From: Acidobacteriaceae bacterium | GTDB taxonomy: Bacteria > Acidobacteriota > Terriglobia > Terriglobales > Acidobacteriaceae | Assembly: GCA_036272895.1 (NCBI GenBank) | Contig: DATAXW010000001.1 | Location: 1,409-65,408 of the forward strand | Direction of reading: 5' to 3' | Length of the DNA stretch: 64,000 nucleotides | Made by a program: the position numbers and the translations under genes | Part shown: piece after piece, positions 55,642 through 64,000 of the stretch | Numbering within the stretch: position 1 is the stretch's first letter | Layout: each line of letters begins with the position of its first letter | The notes under the pieces: generated by a model | What the model was told of the DNA's origin: nothing | Seen by the model: only the letters and a program-made list of their open reading frames with translations | Database searches by the model: none

Positions 55642-56768
55642 CGGTACTTCACCTCATCAGCAGCGGCGGCATGTATGGGGCGGAGGCGGTCATCCTGAAC
55701 CTTTGCAGCGCGCTGAACGAAGGGCGGGAACACAGAGGCGTGGTGGGCGTGTTCGCCAACTCCGTGCAGCCGCATCTTGAACTGCATGAGGCGGCGCGAA
55801 AGGCCGGCGTCGAGTCGCATGTGCTTCCCTGCCGCGGGCAGATCGATCGCCATGTGCCGGCGGCGATTCGCGAGCTGGTGAGGCAGACCGGCGCGGATGT
55901 TGTCCATGCGCATGGATACAAGGCCGACGCGTATACCTGCGTTGCGTTGCGCGGAGGGTCCGTTCCCCTCATCTCCACCTGTCACAACTGGCTGGATGAC
56001 GATCGCGCGGTGCGGTTGTATGGAAGGCTCGACCGCTGGGTGCTGCGGAGATTTGACGGAGTGGTTGCTGTGTCGGATGAGGTGCGAAAGAGGCTGGTGG
56101 GCGCGGGCGTGCGCGGCGAGCGGATCCGGCTGATAGGCAATGGAATTCCGCTGCGCCGGTTTGCTGACGCGCAACAGAGCCGAGCACAGCGGTACGCGCA
56201 GGATTCGACGCTGAAGATCGGATTGGTCGGACGGCTCTCGCGGGAAAAGGGGATCGACGTCTTCCTGCGAGCGGCTGCGAAGGTGATTCGCAAGAGACCG
56301 GAGATGGAGTTTGTTGTCGCAGGAGATGGGCCGGAGCGGAGTTCGCTCGAGAGGCTTGCGAAGGAACTCGGGATCGCGGAAAAGGTGTTCCTGTTGGGAC
56401 GAATGGATGATATGCCGCGCTTCTACGCCTCGGTGGACGTGCTGGCAGTAGCTTCGCGAAAAGAAGGATTGCCGATTGCGGTTCTCGAGGGGATGGCGAG
56501 CGGGCTGCCGGTGATCGCAACCGCGGTGGGCGATGTGCCCAAGGTGATTCGCGACGGTGAGACCGGCCTGTTGGTGAGGAGTGACGATCCTGATGGAATG
56601 GCTGCAGCGATGGAAGGAATGATTGAGGATCCGAATCTGCGGAGATCGCTTGGCGCCTCTGCGCAGAGATTGGTTGCCGCGGAGTACTCCTCCGGGCATA
56701 TGGCTGCGCAGTATCTGGACCTGTATCGAGATGTGCTGGCGGCGAGGAGCGAAGCACGAACCGTGTAA
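55638..56768 (+). CDS. Glycosyltransferase family 4
   Basis: YGAE, HAHGYKAD, VGRLSREKG, SRKEGLPIAVLEGMAS; ATGA overlap with the deacetylase. Confidence 0.92.
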   Translation: MTVLHLISSGGMYGAEAVILNLCSALNEGREHRGVVGVFANSVQPHLELHEAARKAGVESHVLPCRGQIDRHVPAAIRELVRQTGADVVHAHGYKADAYTCVALRGGSVPLISTCHNWLDDDRAVRLYGRLDRWVLRRFDGVVAVSDEVRKRLVGAGVRGERIRLIGNGIPLRRFADAQQSRAQRYAQDSTLKIGLVGRLSREKGIDVFLRAAAKVIRKRPEMEFVVAGDGPERSSLERLAKELGIAEKVFLLGRMDDMPRFYASVDVLAVASRKEGLPIAVLEGMASGLPVIATAVGDVPKVIRDGETGLLVRSDDPDGMAAAMEGMIEDPNLRRSLGASAQRLVAAEYSSGHMAAQYLDLYRDVLAARSEARTV

Positions 56769-56780
56769 CGGCGGAAGCGA

Positions 56781-57992
56781 ATGCGAGCCAAAGAACAGAG
56801 AGCGGCGGAACGCCAGAAGCGGCCCATCAAGGTCTTCATGATGGACCTGTGGGCGACCGTGCCGTATTACACAGCGTATCTTTCGCGGGCGCTGATGGCG
56901 GAGGGAGCTCGGGTGCAGATAGGATCGATCACCTACTACCTCGATCGGGAATGTTTTTCCAGCCGTGGACTGAAGAATGACCCGGGCCTGCTGGATGCCG
57001 TGGGGAGGTTTTCGCTTCCGAAGAGGCTGCGACAAGGTTTGAAGCTGGCCGAGGGGGCGTTCAATCTTGCTGCGCTGAGTCTACGACTTGCGATTCGTCC
57101 ACCAGACATTGTGCACGTACAGTATCTGCCGATGCTGCGATCGCCGGCGCCGCTTGATTGGTGGTTCGTCTGTCTCATGCAGCGGCGTGGTGTGAAGATT
57201 GTGCTCACAGTCCATGATCTGCTTCCGCACGATACGGCGGAGCGGTACAGGAGTGTTTTTGCGAAGTTGTATCCCAGGATGAACGCGCTCATCTGTCACT
57301 CCGATCACGTGAAGTCGCGACTAGAGCATGAGTTCGGCATCGCCGAGGAGAGGATCAGCGTGATCCCTCACGGTCCGTTCTTTTTTGATCTGCAGCCGGA
57401 CGTTGCGGAAGCTGCGCTGCTTCCAGCTTTGCAGGCCGGCCAGAAGATCGTTCTGTGGCAGGGCATCATCTTTCCCTACAAGGGAATCGACCTGCTTCTG
57501 GACGCGTGGCAGACGGTCGAGGCGGAGGTGAGCGACGCGACGCTTGTGGTGATGGGAACGGGCGCTCCTCGACTGCTGGAGGAGATTCGCGCGCGTGTGC
57601 AGGAGCGCGCACTGCGCCGGGTGACGCTGGACTTTCAGTTTGCCTCCACGCAGAAGCTGGTCGCCATGTATCGCGCGGCCGATGTGGTGGTGTACCCGTA
57701 TCGGGCGATTACTACGAGCGGAGCGCTGGCGACCGGCATGGCTCTTGGGAAGGCGATTGTTGCAAGCGATCTGCCTGCCTTCCGCGAGCTGCTTGAAGAT
57801 GGGCGGGATGCGCTGCTGGTTTCTCCGGGCGATCGTGATCAGCTTGCCACTGCGCTGATCAGCGTGCTGCGCGATTCTGAGCTGCGGGAGCAGCTCGCCG
57901 CGGCGGTGCGCGTGCGAGATTTTGGCGCGCGGTCGTGGACGGCGATCGCGGGTGAGACGATGCGGGTCTATGAGCGCCTGGTGAGCCGCTAG
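56781..57992 (+). CDS. Glycosyltransferase family 4
   Basis: LTVHDLLPH, GIIFPYKG, ADVVVYPY...SGAL. Confidence 0.88.
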   Translation: MRAKEQRAAERQKRPIKVFMMDLWATVPYYTAYLSRALMAEGARVQIGSITYYLDRECFSSRGLKNDPGLLDAVGRFSLPKRLRQGLKLAEGAFNLAALSLRLAIRPPDIVHVQYLPMLRSPAPLDWWFVCLMQRRGVKIVLTVHDLLPHDTAERYRSVFAKLYPRMNALICHSDHVKSRLEHEFGIAEERISVIPHGPFFFDLQPDVAEAALLPALQAGQKIVLWQGIIFPYKGIDLLLDAWQTVEAEVSDATLVVMGTGAPRLLEEIRARVQERALRRVTLDFQFASTQKLVAMYRAADVVVYPYRAITTSGALATGMALGKAIVASDLPAFRELLEDGRDALLVSPGDRDQLATALISVLRDSELREQLAAAVRVRDFGARSWTAIAGETMRVYERLVSR

Positions 57993-58004
57993 GCGTTGAA
58001 GCGG

Positions 58005-58985
58005 TTATGCGGTAAGGTCTTTGACGATGCTTCGCCATCCGTTGAAGTAACGGACGTAGCCGGGAGCACGGCGCAGGACCTGGATCGACCGGCGAATGCG
58101 GCCGGGCGGCAGCTCCGTACGCTCGCGCAAGAGAGTCATCCTGCCGCGCAGATAGGCGAGATGGGGCTCCATCTGCGGCGTGTTCTCTTTCTCCAGTCTG
58201 GCGTAGAGCTCGGTCAGTTGCGGCTCGCAGTCTTCCCAGAACTCCTTCGGCGAACGCTTCCACTGCCTCATGCGCTCGGACGTTGCAGCAGCCGAGGCGC
58301 CGTGATCCTGGTTCGCATGAATCCTGTAGTAGAAGAGAGGCTCCGGCGTGAAGAGGAGCTTTGCGTAGGAGGCGGCCACGGTACCAACCCAGGCGTCGAA
58401 CCACCAGTGCGGAGGTACAGGCACTATTTTTTCGACCAAGCGGCTGCTAAACATGAGAGACGATCCATAGATCTTATTCATGGCCAACGGAACCGCGAGA
58501 GCCTGCCCTTGCTTAAGTCGCTTCCGATCCCTGGCGGTCAGACCGATGGCCTGCGAAAGACGCATTCCTTTGGGAAGGCCGTCGGCGGTGATCAGTTCGG
58601 CATCGGAGAAGGCGCAGCCGAGCTGCGGGTCTTGCTCAAACATCCGGGCAAGCACGTCAACCTTGTGCGGCATCCACACGTCATCCTGATCGCAGCACGC
58701 GATGAGATCGCCGCTGCAACGCTGAATCGTACGCTCAAAGTTCCGGGTAATCCCTCTTGAAGAGCCACCGACGTTCACATCATTCACATGGACGACAACG
58801 CGAAGGGGCGCTGTCTTTGCAAAGGTCTCGACGATCCGGAGGGTGGCATCCGTAGAGCGATCGTCACAGATCACGATCTCTGACGGCAATCGTGTTTGAT
58901 TGGCAATGCTCTCCAGCTGCTCCTTCAGATACCTCTCGCCGTTGTAGGTGCACATGGCGACAGAGACATGTTTATGCTCCGGCAT
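58005..58985 (-). CDS. Glycosyltransferase family 2
   Basis: SVAMCTYNGE, CDDRSTD, CDQDDVW, YYRIH. Confidence 0.9.
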   Translation of the reverse strand: MPEHKHVSVAMCTYNGERYLKEQLESIANQTRLPSEIVICDDRSTDATLRIVETFAKTAPLRVVVHVNDVNVGGSSRGITRNFERTIQRCSGDLIACCDQDDVWMPHKVDVLARMFEQDPQLGCAFSDAELITADGLPKGMRLSQAIGLTARDRKRLKQGQALAVPLAMNKIYGSSLMFSSRLVEKIVPVPPHWWFDAWVGTVAASYAKLLFTPEPLFYYRIHANQDHGASAAATSERMRQWKRSPKEFWEDCEPQLTELYARLEKENTPQMEPHLAYLRGRMTLLRERTELPPGRIRRSIQVLRRAPGYVRYFNGWRSIVKDLTA

Positions 58986-59167
58986 CGTCCCCTCTGAATC
59001 CTGAGTGTCCGCTCAGTAGAGCAGCTGCACGAACAGAGGTCAATACCATCATCGTGAGGCAGAGAGGGGCGGACCATCGCGACAGGTAGAGTAGCTGACT
59101 TTCGCGATTGCGATCCTATCGGCGTGCGGAGTGAGAGCCGTTTTCTCTGTGTGGGACAATGATCTGA

Positions 59168-60067
59168 ATGGCGACCGTCGACGTTATTATTCCGTCCTAC
59201 AACGGAGCGAAATACCTTCCCTTTGCTCTTGATAGCGTACTCGCGCAGAGTTTTGACGATTGGCGGATTCTGGTTGTCGATGATGGAAGCACGGATCATA
59301 CTCCGGAGGTGATCGCTCCCTATCTCGATCGTCTGGGTGCGAAGATCCGTTACATCAAGCAGGAGAATCAGGGAATATCCGCGGCGCGTAATACGGCGAT
59401 CAAGGCAGCGACCGCCGAGTTTCTTGCGTTCCTCGATGCAGACGACGTGTGGCTCCCGTGCCGCCTTTCCGATTCTCTTGAGTTACTGCGTCGCAGACCT
59501 GAGATTGGCCTTACTTACGGCGGAATTACTTTGATTGACGCCGCAGGGCAGCCTGGACAGACATTTACCGGTTCAAAGAAGAATATGGCAACACGGATTG
59601 GCCCCCAGATCTATTGCCGAGACATCCATATACCGTGTGTAACCGTTACTGTCCGCAGACAATGTATTACGGAGGCAGGAGCATTCGATGAGTCGATGCG
59701 CGTCACGGAGGACCGCGATCTCTGGTTTCGAATTGTGCAGCGCTATGACGCTGGTTTTATTCCCAAGGCACTGGCCTACTACAGGGTTTCTCCGGACTCG
59801 ATGACGACCGATCCCGAGCGAATGCTTGAGGCCCAGTTGCGGTTTATTCACAGGTATTACGGATCGCAGGGTTGCGGCCTCGGCCGGCGGCAGCTTGCCT
59901 TATCGCGGGCCTACGTGGAGTGCGCGCAGACCTACGCTAAGAAAAGACGGCCATGGAAGGCTCTGGGGAACTCGTTGAAGGCGGTAGCCTTGCTTCCGTT
60001 CAGCAAGGAAAATTTAAGAGCTGCCGGATCTATTCTTTTTCGAACGGCTACTCGAGGGCGCCGATAG
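59168..60067 (+). CDS. Glycosyltransferase family 2
   Basis: VIIPSYN, VDDGSTD, FLDADD, TEDRDLW; the 3' end overlaps the convergent gene by 20 bp. Confidence 0.9.
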   Translation: MATVDVIIPSYNGAKYLPFALDSVLAQSFDDWRILVVDDGSTDHTPEVIAPYLDRLGAKIRYIKQENQGISAARNTAIKAATAEFLAFLDADDVWLPCRLSDSLELLRRRPEIGLTYGGITLIDAAGQPGQTFTGSKKNMATRIGPQIYCRDIHIPCVTVTVRRQCITEAGAFDESMRVTEDRDLWFRIVQRYDAGFIPKALAYYRVSPDSMTTDPERMLEAQLRFIHRYYGSQGCGLGRRQLALSRAYVECAQTYAKKRRPWKALGNSLKAVALLPFSKENLRAAGSILFRTATRGRR

Positions 60068-61769
60068 TGGGTGGGTTCCCTCTCGGCTTGCCGGCGAAGT
60101 CGATGGTGACGCCGGCGATGGGAGTGCCCGCGCCGCGAACACGGCTTCCCGCCTTCGGACTCATGTTCCCGTAGCCGTAGGCATGGTAGGTCTCATCAAC
60201 CAGCCCGGGATCACCGCAGATCGCCCGGCGCTCTCCCCGATGGGGGCAAGCGCGATCACCGCCTCGTTCAAAGGTCACATTGTTCGACCAGCTGGCGCCG
60301 GGGCTCGTCAGAAAGGACACCGCGTCGCTTGTGGAGTAGACGGCCGAGGGATACTCGCCGCCGGGATTCTTGAAGCCGACAAAGATGTTGTTGTCGTAAT
60401 CGAGCATGTTGCCGCTCCCGTGATCGCCGGTTGCGTACTCGATCTCGAGACCAATGGAGCCGCTGGAGTACACGGTATTAAATTGATACGTCGCGGGATC
60501 GCCTGGGGTTGTCTCCAATACGACGGCAACATTGCCTGCGCGGCAGGGGTCTCTCAGTACGGAGCCGAAGCCCGCGGGCGTTCCTGGAATGGTCTGCCTG
60601 CGCATCGCCTCGCAGTTCCCTACGATCACGTTGTTGATGACCGTAGCCTTCGATCCGCCTACTTTAATTTGATTTCCTTCATTGCCGAAGGCGAGCGTGC
60701 GCGTCACGGTCATGCTGGAGCCGGGACCCTTGATGTGCAGGGCATCCAGACCGTCCTGCGTGTTGTAACTGACGACGCCCTGGTCGAAGTGGACCTGCCA
60801 GCCGGGCGCGGGGCTTGGAACGGTCGCCGTTCCAAAGCCGTCGCCATAGCCGCCCGAGGAGTCGTCGCGGCAGTCTTCATACGGCAGCGGATCTTTGATC
60901 GGATACTCTTCGGCGCAGCCGTTCCAGCTGATATCGAAGTTCTGGACGAGCAGCGAGCCCGTGCCCGTTGTCCTGTCGCCGCGGTCGGCGTTCCATCCGG
61001 AGGAGCCGTTGCCCACCAGCACGATGTTCTTCATGACGGTGCCGTCGCCGGTAGGGCCGAAGAAGCCCTGCACCGCGAGTCCATGGGCCCGAATATTGTT
61101 CAGCGTCAGGTGAGTGGTTTTGTTGGAAAACCTGATGCCATCCGCGGCGAAATCGGCGACGACCACTCCGTGCACCTCACAGGGAACAGCAGCGCTTTCG
61201 TTGCGGGTGCAGGGGGTGAAATCAGTCAGGTCGAGACATTCCACGTCGACGTAGGAGGTGCCGCTGAGGTCGATGATATTGGAGACTCCCCAACCGCCAC
61301 GCAGCTGAGTACGGGCCGATTGGGCCGAGCAGTTCTGCCAGTTCTCACCAAGGATACGGGTGGGATGGCCGGCTGTCCCGCTGGGAGGCGCGGGCATGCC
61401 AGAGCCAAATTGATTGCCCCAGATGCCGCCGACCCAGTTTCTGGTTTTGGAGTCATTGATGCCGATACGATAGCTGACGCCGGTCGCAATGGAGCCGCGG
61501 AGGATGACCGTATCGCCCCCGGAGATCACCCATCCCCAGGCCGGAAACTTCGTGCCGGTCGCATAGCTGCCGTCCATGTAGAGAGAGCGGACGTCGTTGA
61601 AGGCGCAGCGATGGCCAGTGCGGTTCGCATGGGCGGCATCGGTCTTTCCATCGCACTGGCTGCGCGTGCCTCCATCGGGCCGGACATACCAGGTGGTGGC
61701 GAAGAGTGGAAGGCAAACGAGTTGGAGAAGGATCGCTGGAAGGAGTCTTCGGTAGATGCGGCTATTCAT
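60048..61769 (-). CDS. Secreted protein, probable right-handed beta-helix fold, function unknown
   Basis: Signal peptide ending LFA-TTWYVRPDGG; GGDTVILRG; Asn/Gly-rich repeats; C-terminal GKPRGNPPTIGALE. Confidence 0.7.
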   Translation of the reverse strand: MNSRIYRRLLPAILLQLVCLPLFATTWYVRPDGGTRSQCDGKTDAAHANRTGHRCAFNDVRSLYMDGSYATGTKFPAWGWVISGGDTVILRGSIATGVSYRIGINDSKTRNWVGGIWGNQFGSGMPAPPSGTAGHPTRILGENWQNCSAQSARTQLRGGWGVSNIIDLSGTSYVDVECLDLTDFTPCTRNESAAVPCEVHGVVVADFAADGIRFSNKTTHLTLNNIRAHGLAVQGFFGPTGDGTVMKNIVLVGNGSSGWNADRGDRTTGTGSLLVQNFDISWNGCAEEYPIKDPLPYEDCRDDSSGGYGDGFGTATVPSPAPGWQVHFDQGVVSYNTQDGLDALHIKGPGSSMTVTRTLAFGNEGNQIKVGGSKATVINNVIVGNCEAMRRQTIPGTPAGFGSVLRDPCRAGNVAVVLETTPGDPATYQFNTVYSSGSIGLEIEYATGDHGSGNMLDYDNNIFVGFKNPGGEYPSAVYSTSDAVSFLTSPGASWSNNVTFERGGDRACPHRGERRAICGDPGLVDETYHAYGYGNMSPKAGSRVRGAGTPIAGVTIDFAGKPRGNPPTIGALE

Positions 61770-61778
61770 AGGCTCCGG

Positions 61779-64000
61779 CTATTCATAGGCTCCGATGGAA
61801 GGAGGATTTCCTCTCGGGCTGCCAGTATAGTCGGTTGTCACTTCCGGAACGGCAACACCTGCTCCCTGTACGGCGTTTCCGGTCGAGGCGGGCGTCATAT
61901 CCCCATAGCCGAAGGCATGATATGTCTCGTCGATCAGGCCCGGATCCCCGCAGATCGCATCCGTTTCTCCGGCGCGCGGGCAGGGCAGCCCGGCCTTTTC
62001 CCCGAAGGTTACATTATTGGTCCAGCTTGCTCCGGGGTTGGTGAGGAAAGTCGTAAAGCCGGTAGTGCTGTAGATCGGCGACGGATTCTCGTGGGTGGTC
62101 GGATTGTTGAAGCCGACGAAGATGTTGTCGTTATAGAGCAGCGTGTTTCCGTTGCCCTGATCGGCGGTCGCATACTCTACTTCGAGACCGATCGAGCCCT
62201 TGGAATAGAGTGTATTGAACTGGAAGACCGCCGGATCGCCTGGCGTGGTCTCAACCACAACGGCGACATTTCCGGCCCGGCAGGGATCTGCGAGCAACGA
62301 GCCGAAACCAGCCGGAGTGCCCGGAATAGCCTCCGTCCTCATGGCCTCGCAGTTGCCCACGATCAGACTGTTCTGGATGGTCGCGGTCGCTCCCCCGACT
62401 TTGATCTGCTGGCCCTGATTGCCGTACGCCAGGGTGCGGGTAACGGTCATGGTGGAACCGGCGCCTCTGATGTGCAGGGCATCCAGGCCGTCCTGGGTGT
62501 TGTAGCTGACCACGCCCTGATCGAAATGAACCTGCCATCCGCCGGGCCCGCTGTTTACGGTCGCGGTTCCGAAGCCGTCTCCATAGCCTCCGGAGGAGTC
62601 GTCCTGACAGTCGTCGTAGGGCAGCGGATCGACCATCGGATACTCTTCCGTGCATCCGTTCCAACTGATATTGAAGTTCTGGACCAGCAGGGACCCGATG
62701 CCCGTCGTATCCGGCGACGTTGCCGGGTCCGCATTCCAGCCGGCGCTCGCGTTTCCGATCAGGTCGATGTTCTTCATTACCGTGCCATCGCCCGTCGGGC
62801 CCCAAAAGCCCTCCACCGCAAGACCGTGCGCGCGGATGTTATTCAAGGTCAGATGCGTGGTGGTGTTGGAGAACTCAATGCCCGTCTGCGCGAAGTCAGC
62901 AACGACCTGCCCGCCGACCTCACATGGAACCCGTGCCAACTCGTTCCGGTTGCAATTCGTGAAATCAGTGATATCCAGGCATTCGACATCCACATACGAC
63001 GTTCCGCTCAGATTGAGGACGTTGAACGTTCCCCAGCCGCCGTGCAGCTGGGTTCTCGCTGACTGGGCCGAGCAGTTCTGCCAGTTTTCGCCGAGGATGC
63101 GGGTGGGCTGGCTCGCCGTTCCGCTGGGAGGCACAGGAATGCCGGAGCCGAATGGATTTCCCCAAATGCCGCCCACCCAGCTGCCTCCGCCGTTGATGCC
63201 GATGCGGTAGCTGACCCCCGTGCCGATGGAGCCGCGGAAGATGACGGTGTCGCCGCCTGCGATGACCCAGCCCCAGGCCGGGAAGTGCGTTCCGTCCGCA
63301 TACGTCCCGTCCATGTAAAGGAAGCGGACATCATTGAAGGCGCAGTGCTGATTCACGCCGCTGCCCGGATAGGGAGCATCGCCCTTGCCATCGCACTGAC
63401 CGGTGGGGACATTGGTGGTGTAGCGGGTTCCGCCATCCGGGCGGACATACCATGTTGTGCCGGGAGTTGGAGGCGGCGGCGGCGCAGCGGTGACGTTGAT
63501 CGAAGCCGTCCAGGAAGCGATCTGCACCGGTGAGCCACTATCCGTCACCGTCACGGTGAAGCTCGAGTTGCCGGTGCCCGTCGGCATACCGGAGATAATG
63601 CCCGCGCGGGACAACGCCAGCCCCGCAGGCAAGGCTCCGGAGCTGAGGGACCATACATACCCCGGCGTGCCGCCGCTCGCAGCCAGTGTGGCGGAGTATG
63701 CTGTCCCGTCTTCTCCGGCAGCGAGCGAGGTTGTGGTGATGGCCAGTCTCGTCGCAGTAACTGTGATGGAGAGGCTGGCGGTCTGCGTCTGTGCGGGAGA
63801 TCCGCTGTCTGCGACCTGCACGGTAAAGTTTGCTGTGCCGCTCGAGGTTGGCGTACCCGAGATCACGCCGGCGGACGACAGCGCCAGGCCGGCGGGCAGG
63901 CTGCCGGAGGAGATCGACCAGGTATAGGCGGGCGTTCCTCCGCTCGCGCCCAGCGTGGCGCTGTAACTGGCGCCCACCTGAGCCCCGGGGAGCGTCGTCG
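61779..64000 (-). CDS. Paralogous beta-helix-like protein with N-terminal putative Ig (He_PIG-type) repeats; 5' end outside the window
   Basis: Two Ig-like repeats (TTLPGAQVGASYSATLGASGGTPAYTWS...LPAGLALS..GVISGTPT), a PPPPP linker, then a domain sharing long identical stretches with 60048-61769; frame open to 64000. Confidence 0.8.
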   Translation of the reverse strand, partial: TTLPGAQVGASYSATLGASGGTPAYTWSISSGSLPAGLALSSAGVISGTPTSSGTANFTVQVADSGSPAQTQTASLSITVTATRLAITTTSLAAGEDGTAYSATLAASGGTPGYVWSLSSGALPAGLALSRAGIISGMPTGTGNSSFTVTVTDSGSPVQIASWTASINVTAAPPPPPTPGTTWYVRPDGGTRYTTNVPTGQCDGKGDAPYPGSGVNQHCAFNDVRFLYMDGTYADGTHFPAWGWVIAGGDTVIFRGSIGTGVSYRIGINGGGSWVGGIWGNPFGSGIPVPPSGTASQPTRILGENWQNCSAQSARTQLHGGWGTFNVLNLSGTSYVDVECLDITDFTNCNRNELARVPCEVGGQVVADFAQTGIEFSNTTTHLTLNNIRAHGLAVEGFWGPTGDGTVMKNIDLIGNASAGWNADPATSPDTTGIGSLLVQNFNISWNGCTEEYPMVDPLPYDDCQDDSSGGYGDGFGTATVNSGPGGWQVHFDQGVVSYNTQDGLDALHIRGAGSTMTVTRTLAYGNQGQQIKVGGATATIQNSLIVGNCEAMRTEAIPGTPAGFGSLLADPCRAGNVAVVVETTPGDPAVFQFNTLYSKGSIGLEVEYATADQGNGNTLLYNDNIFVGFNNPTTHENPSPIYSTTGFTTFLTNPGASWTNNVTFGEKAGLPCPRAGETDAICGDPGLIDETYHAFGYGDMTPASTGNAVQGAGVAVPEVTTDYTGSPRGNPPSIGAYE

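Noticed and set aside
606-63062. Many long antisense or alternate-frame ORFs (e.g. 606-2873 +, 3118-5058 -, 16695-18608 -, 29748-31565 +, 48036-49652 +, 60183-63062 +)
   Set aside because: They shadow well-supported genes, have low-complexity Arg/Pro/Gly-rich composition and no family motifs; expected in high-GC, strongly skewed DNA.

Overview
High-GC bacterial chromosomal window. Gene content (Oar-type TonB-dependent receptor, Tat-exported glycosidases, exosortase locus) suggests Acidobacteriota; this is an inference. Left part (1-27.5 kb): a partial cNMP-domain oxidoreductase, feoAB, exported GH2/GH42/GH28 glycosidases, a PaoABC-type periplasmic aldehyde oxidoreductase, an ArsB-family transporter, an RND efflux system, a TonB-dependent receptor, a LacI regulator and kduD. 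Right part (27.9-64 kb): a large PEP-CTERM/exosortase-linked, Wzy-type exopolysaccharide locus. It holds two PEP-CTERM proteins, a TPR lipoprotein, EpsI, exosortase, a short OPX plus beta-barrel, a split Wzc, a priming sugar transferase, nucleotide-sugar enzymes, six glycosyltransferases, a Wzy-like protein, an acetyltransferase, an FkbH/ACP/VOC module, a deacetylase and two tandem paralogous beta-helix-like proteins. Five signals are not explained by this annotation. (1) A three-copy intergenic element of 145-210 bp with fixed architecture: TTGACA-N7-TAYAAT, GC hairpin, CTAA-N12-GAAGACTTTGCG, G tail. (2) All three copies point toward a C-to-G strand-skew flip at about 27 kb, which sits next to a helically phased GTGGTT array. 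(3) A kinase-less sigma-54 regulon: two divergent paralogous enhancer-binding proteins (one lacks a sensor domain, one has Asp-to-Glu in its receiver), three GG-N10-GC promoters and a shared upstream motif. (4) A REP-like palindrome translated in frame inside the signal peptide of an efflux lipoprotein. (5) A decaying ~35-bp tandem array derived from a REP hairpin. No rRNA, tRNA, CRISPR, transposase or integrase was recognised. All calls come from reading the sequence; no database search was run.
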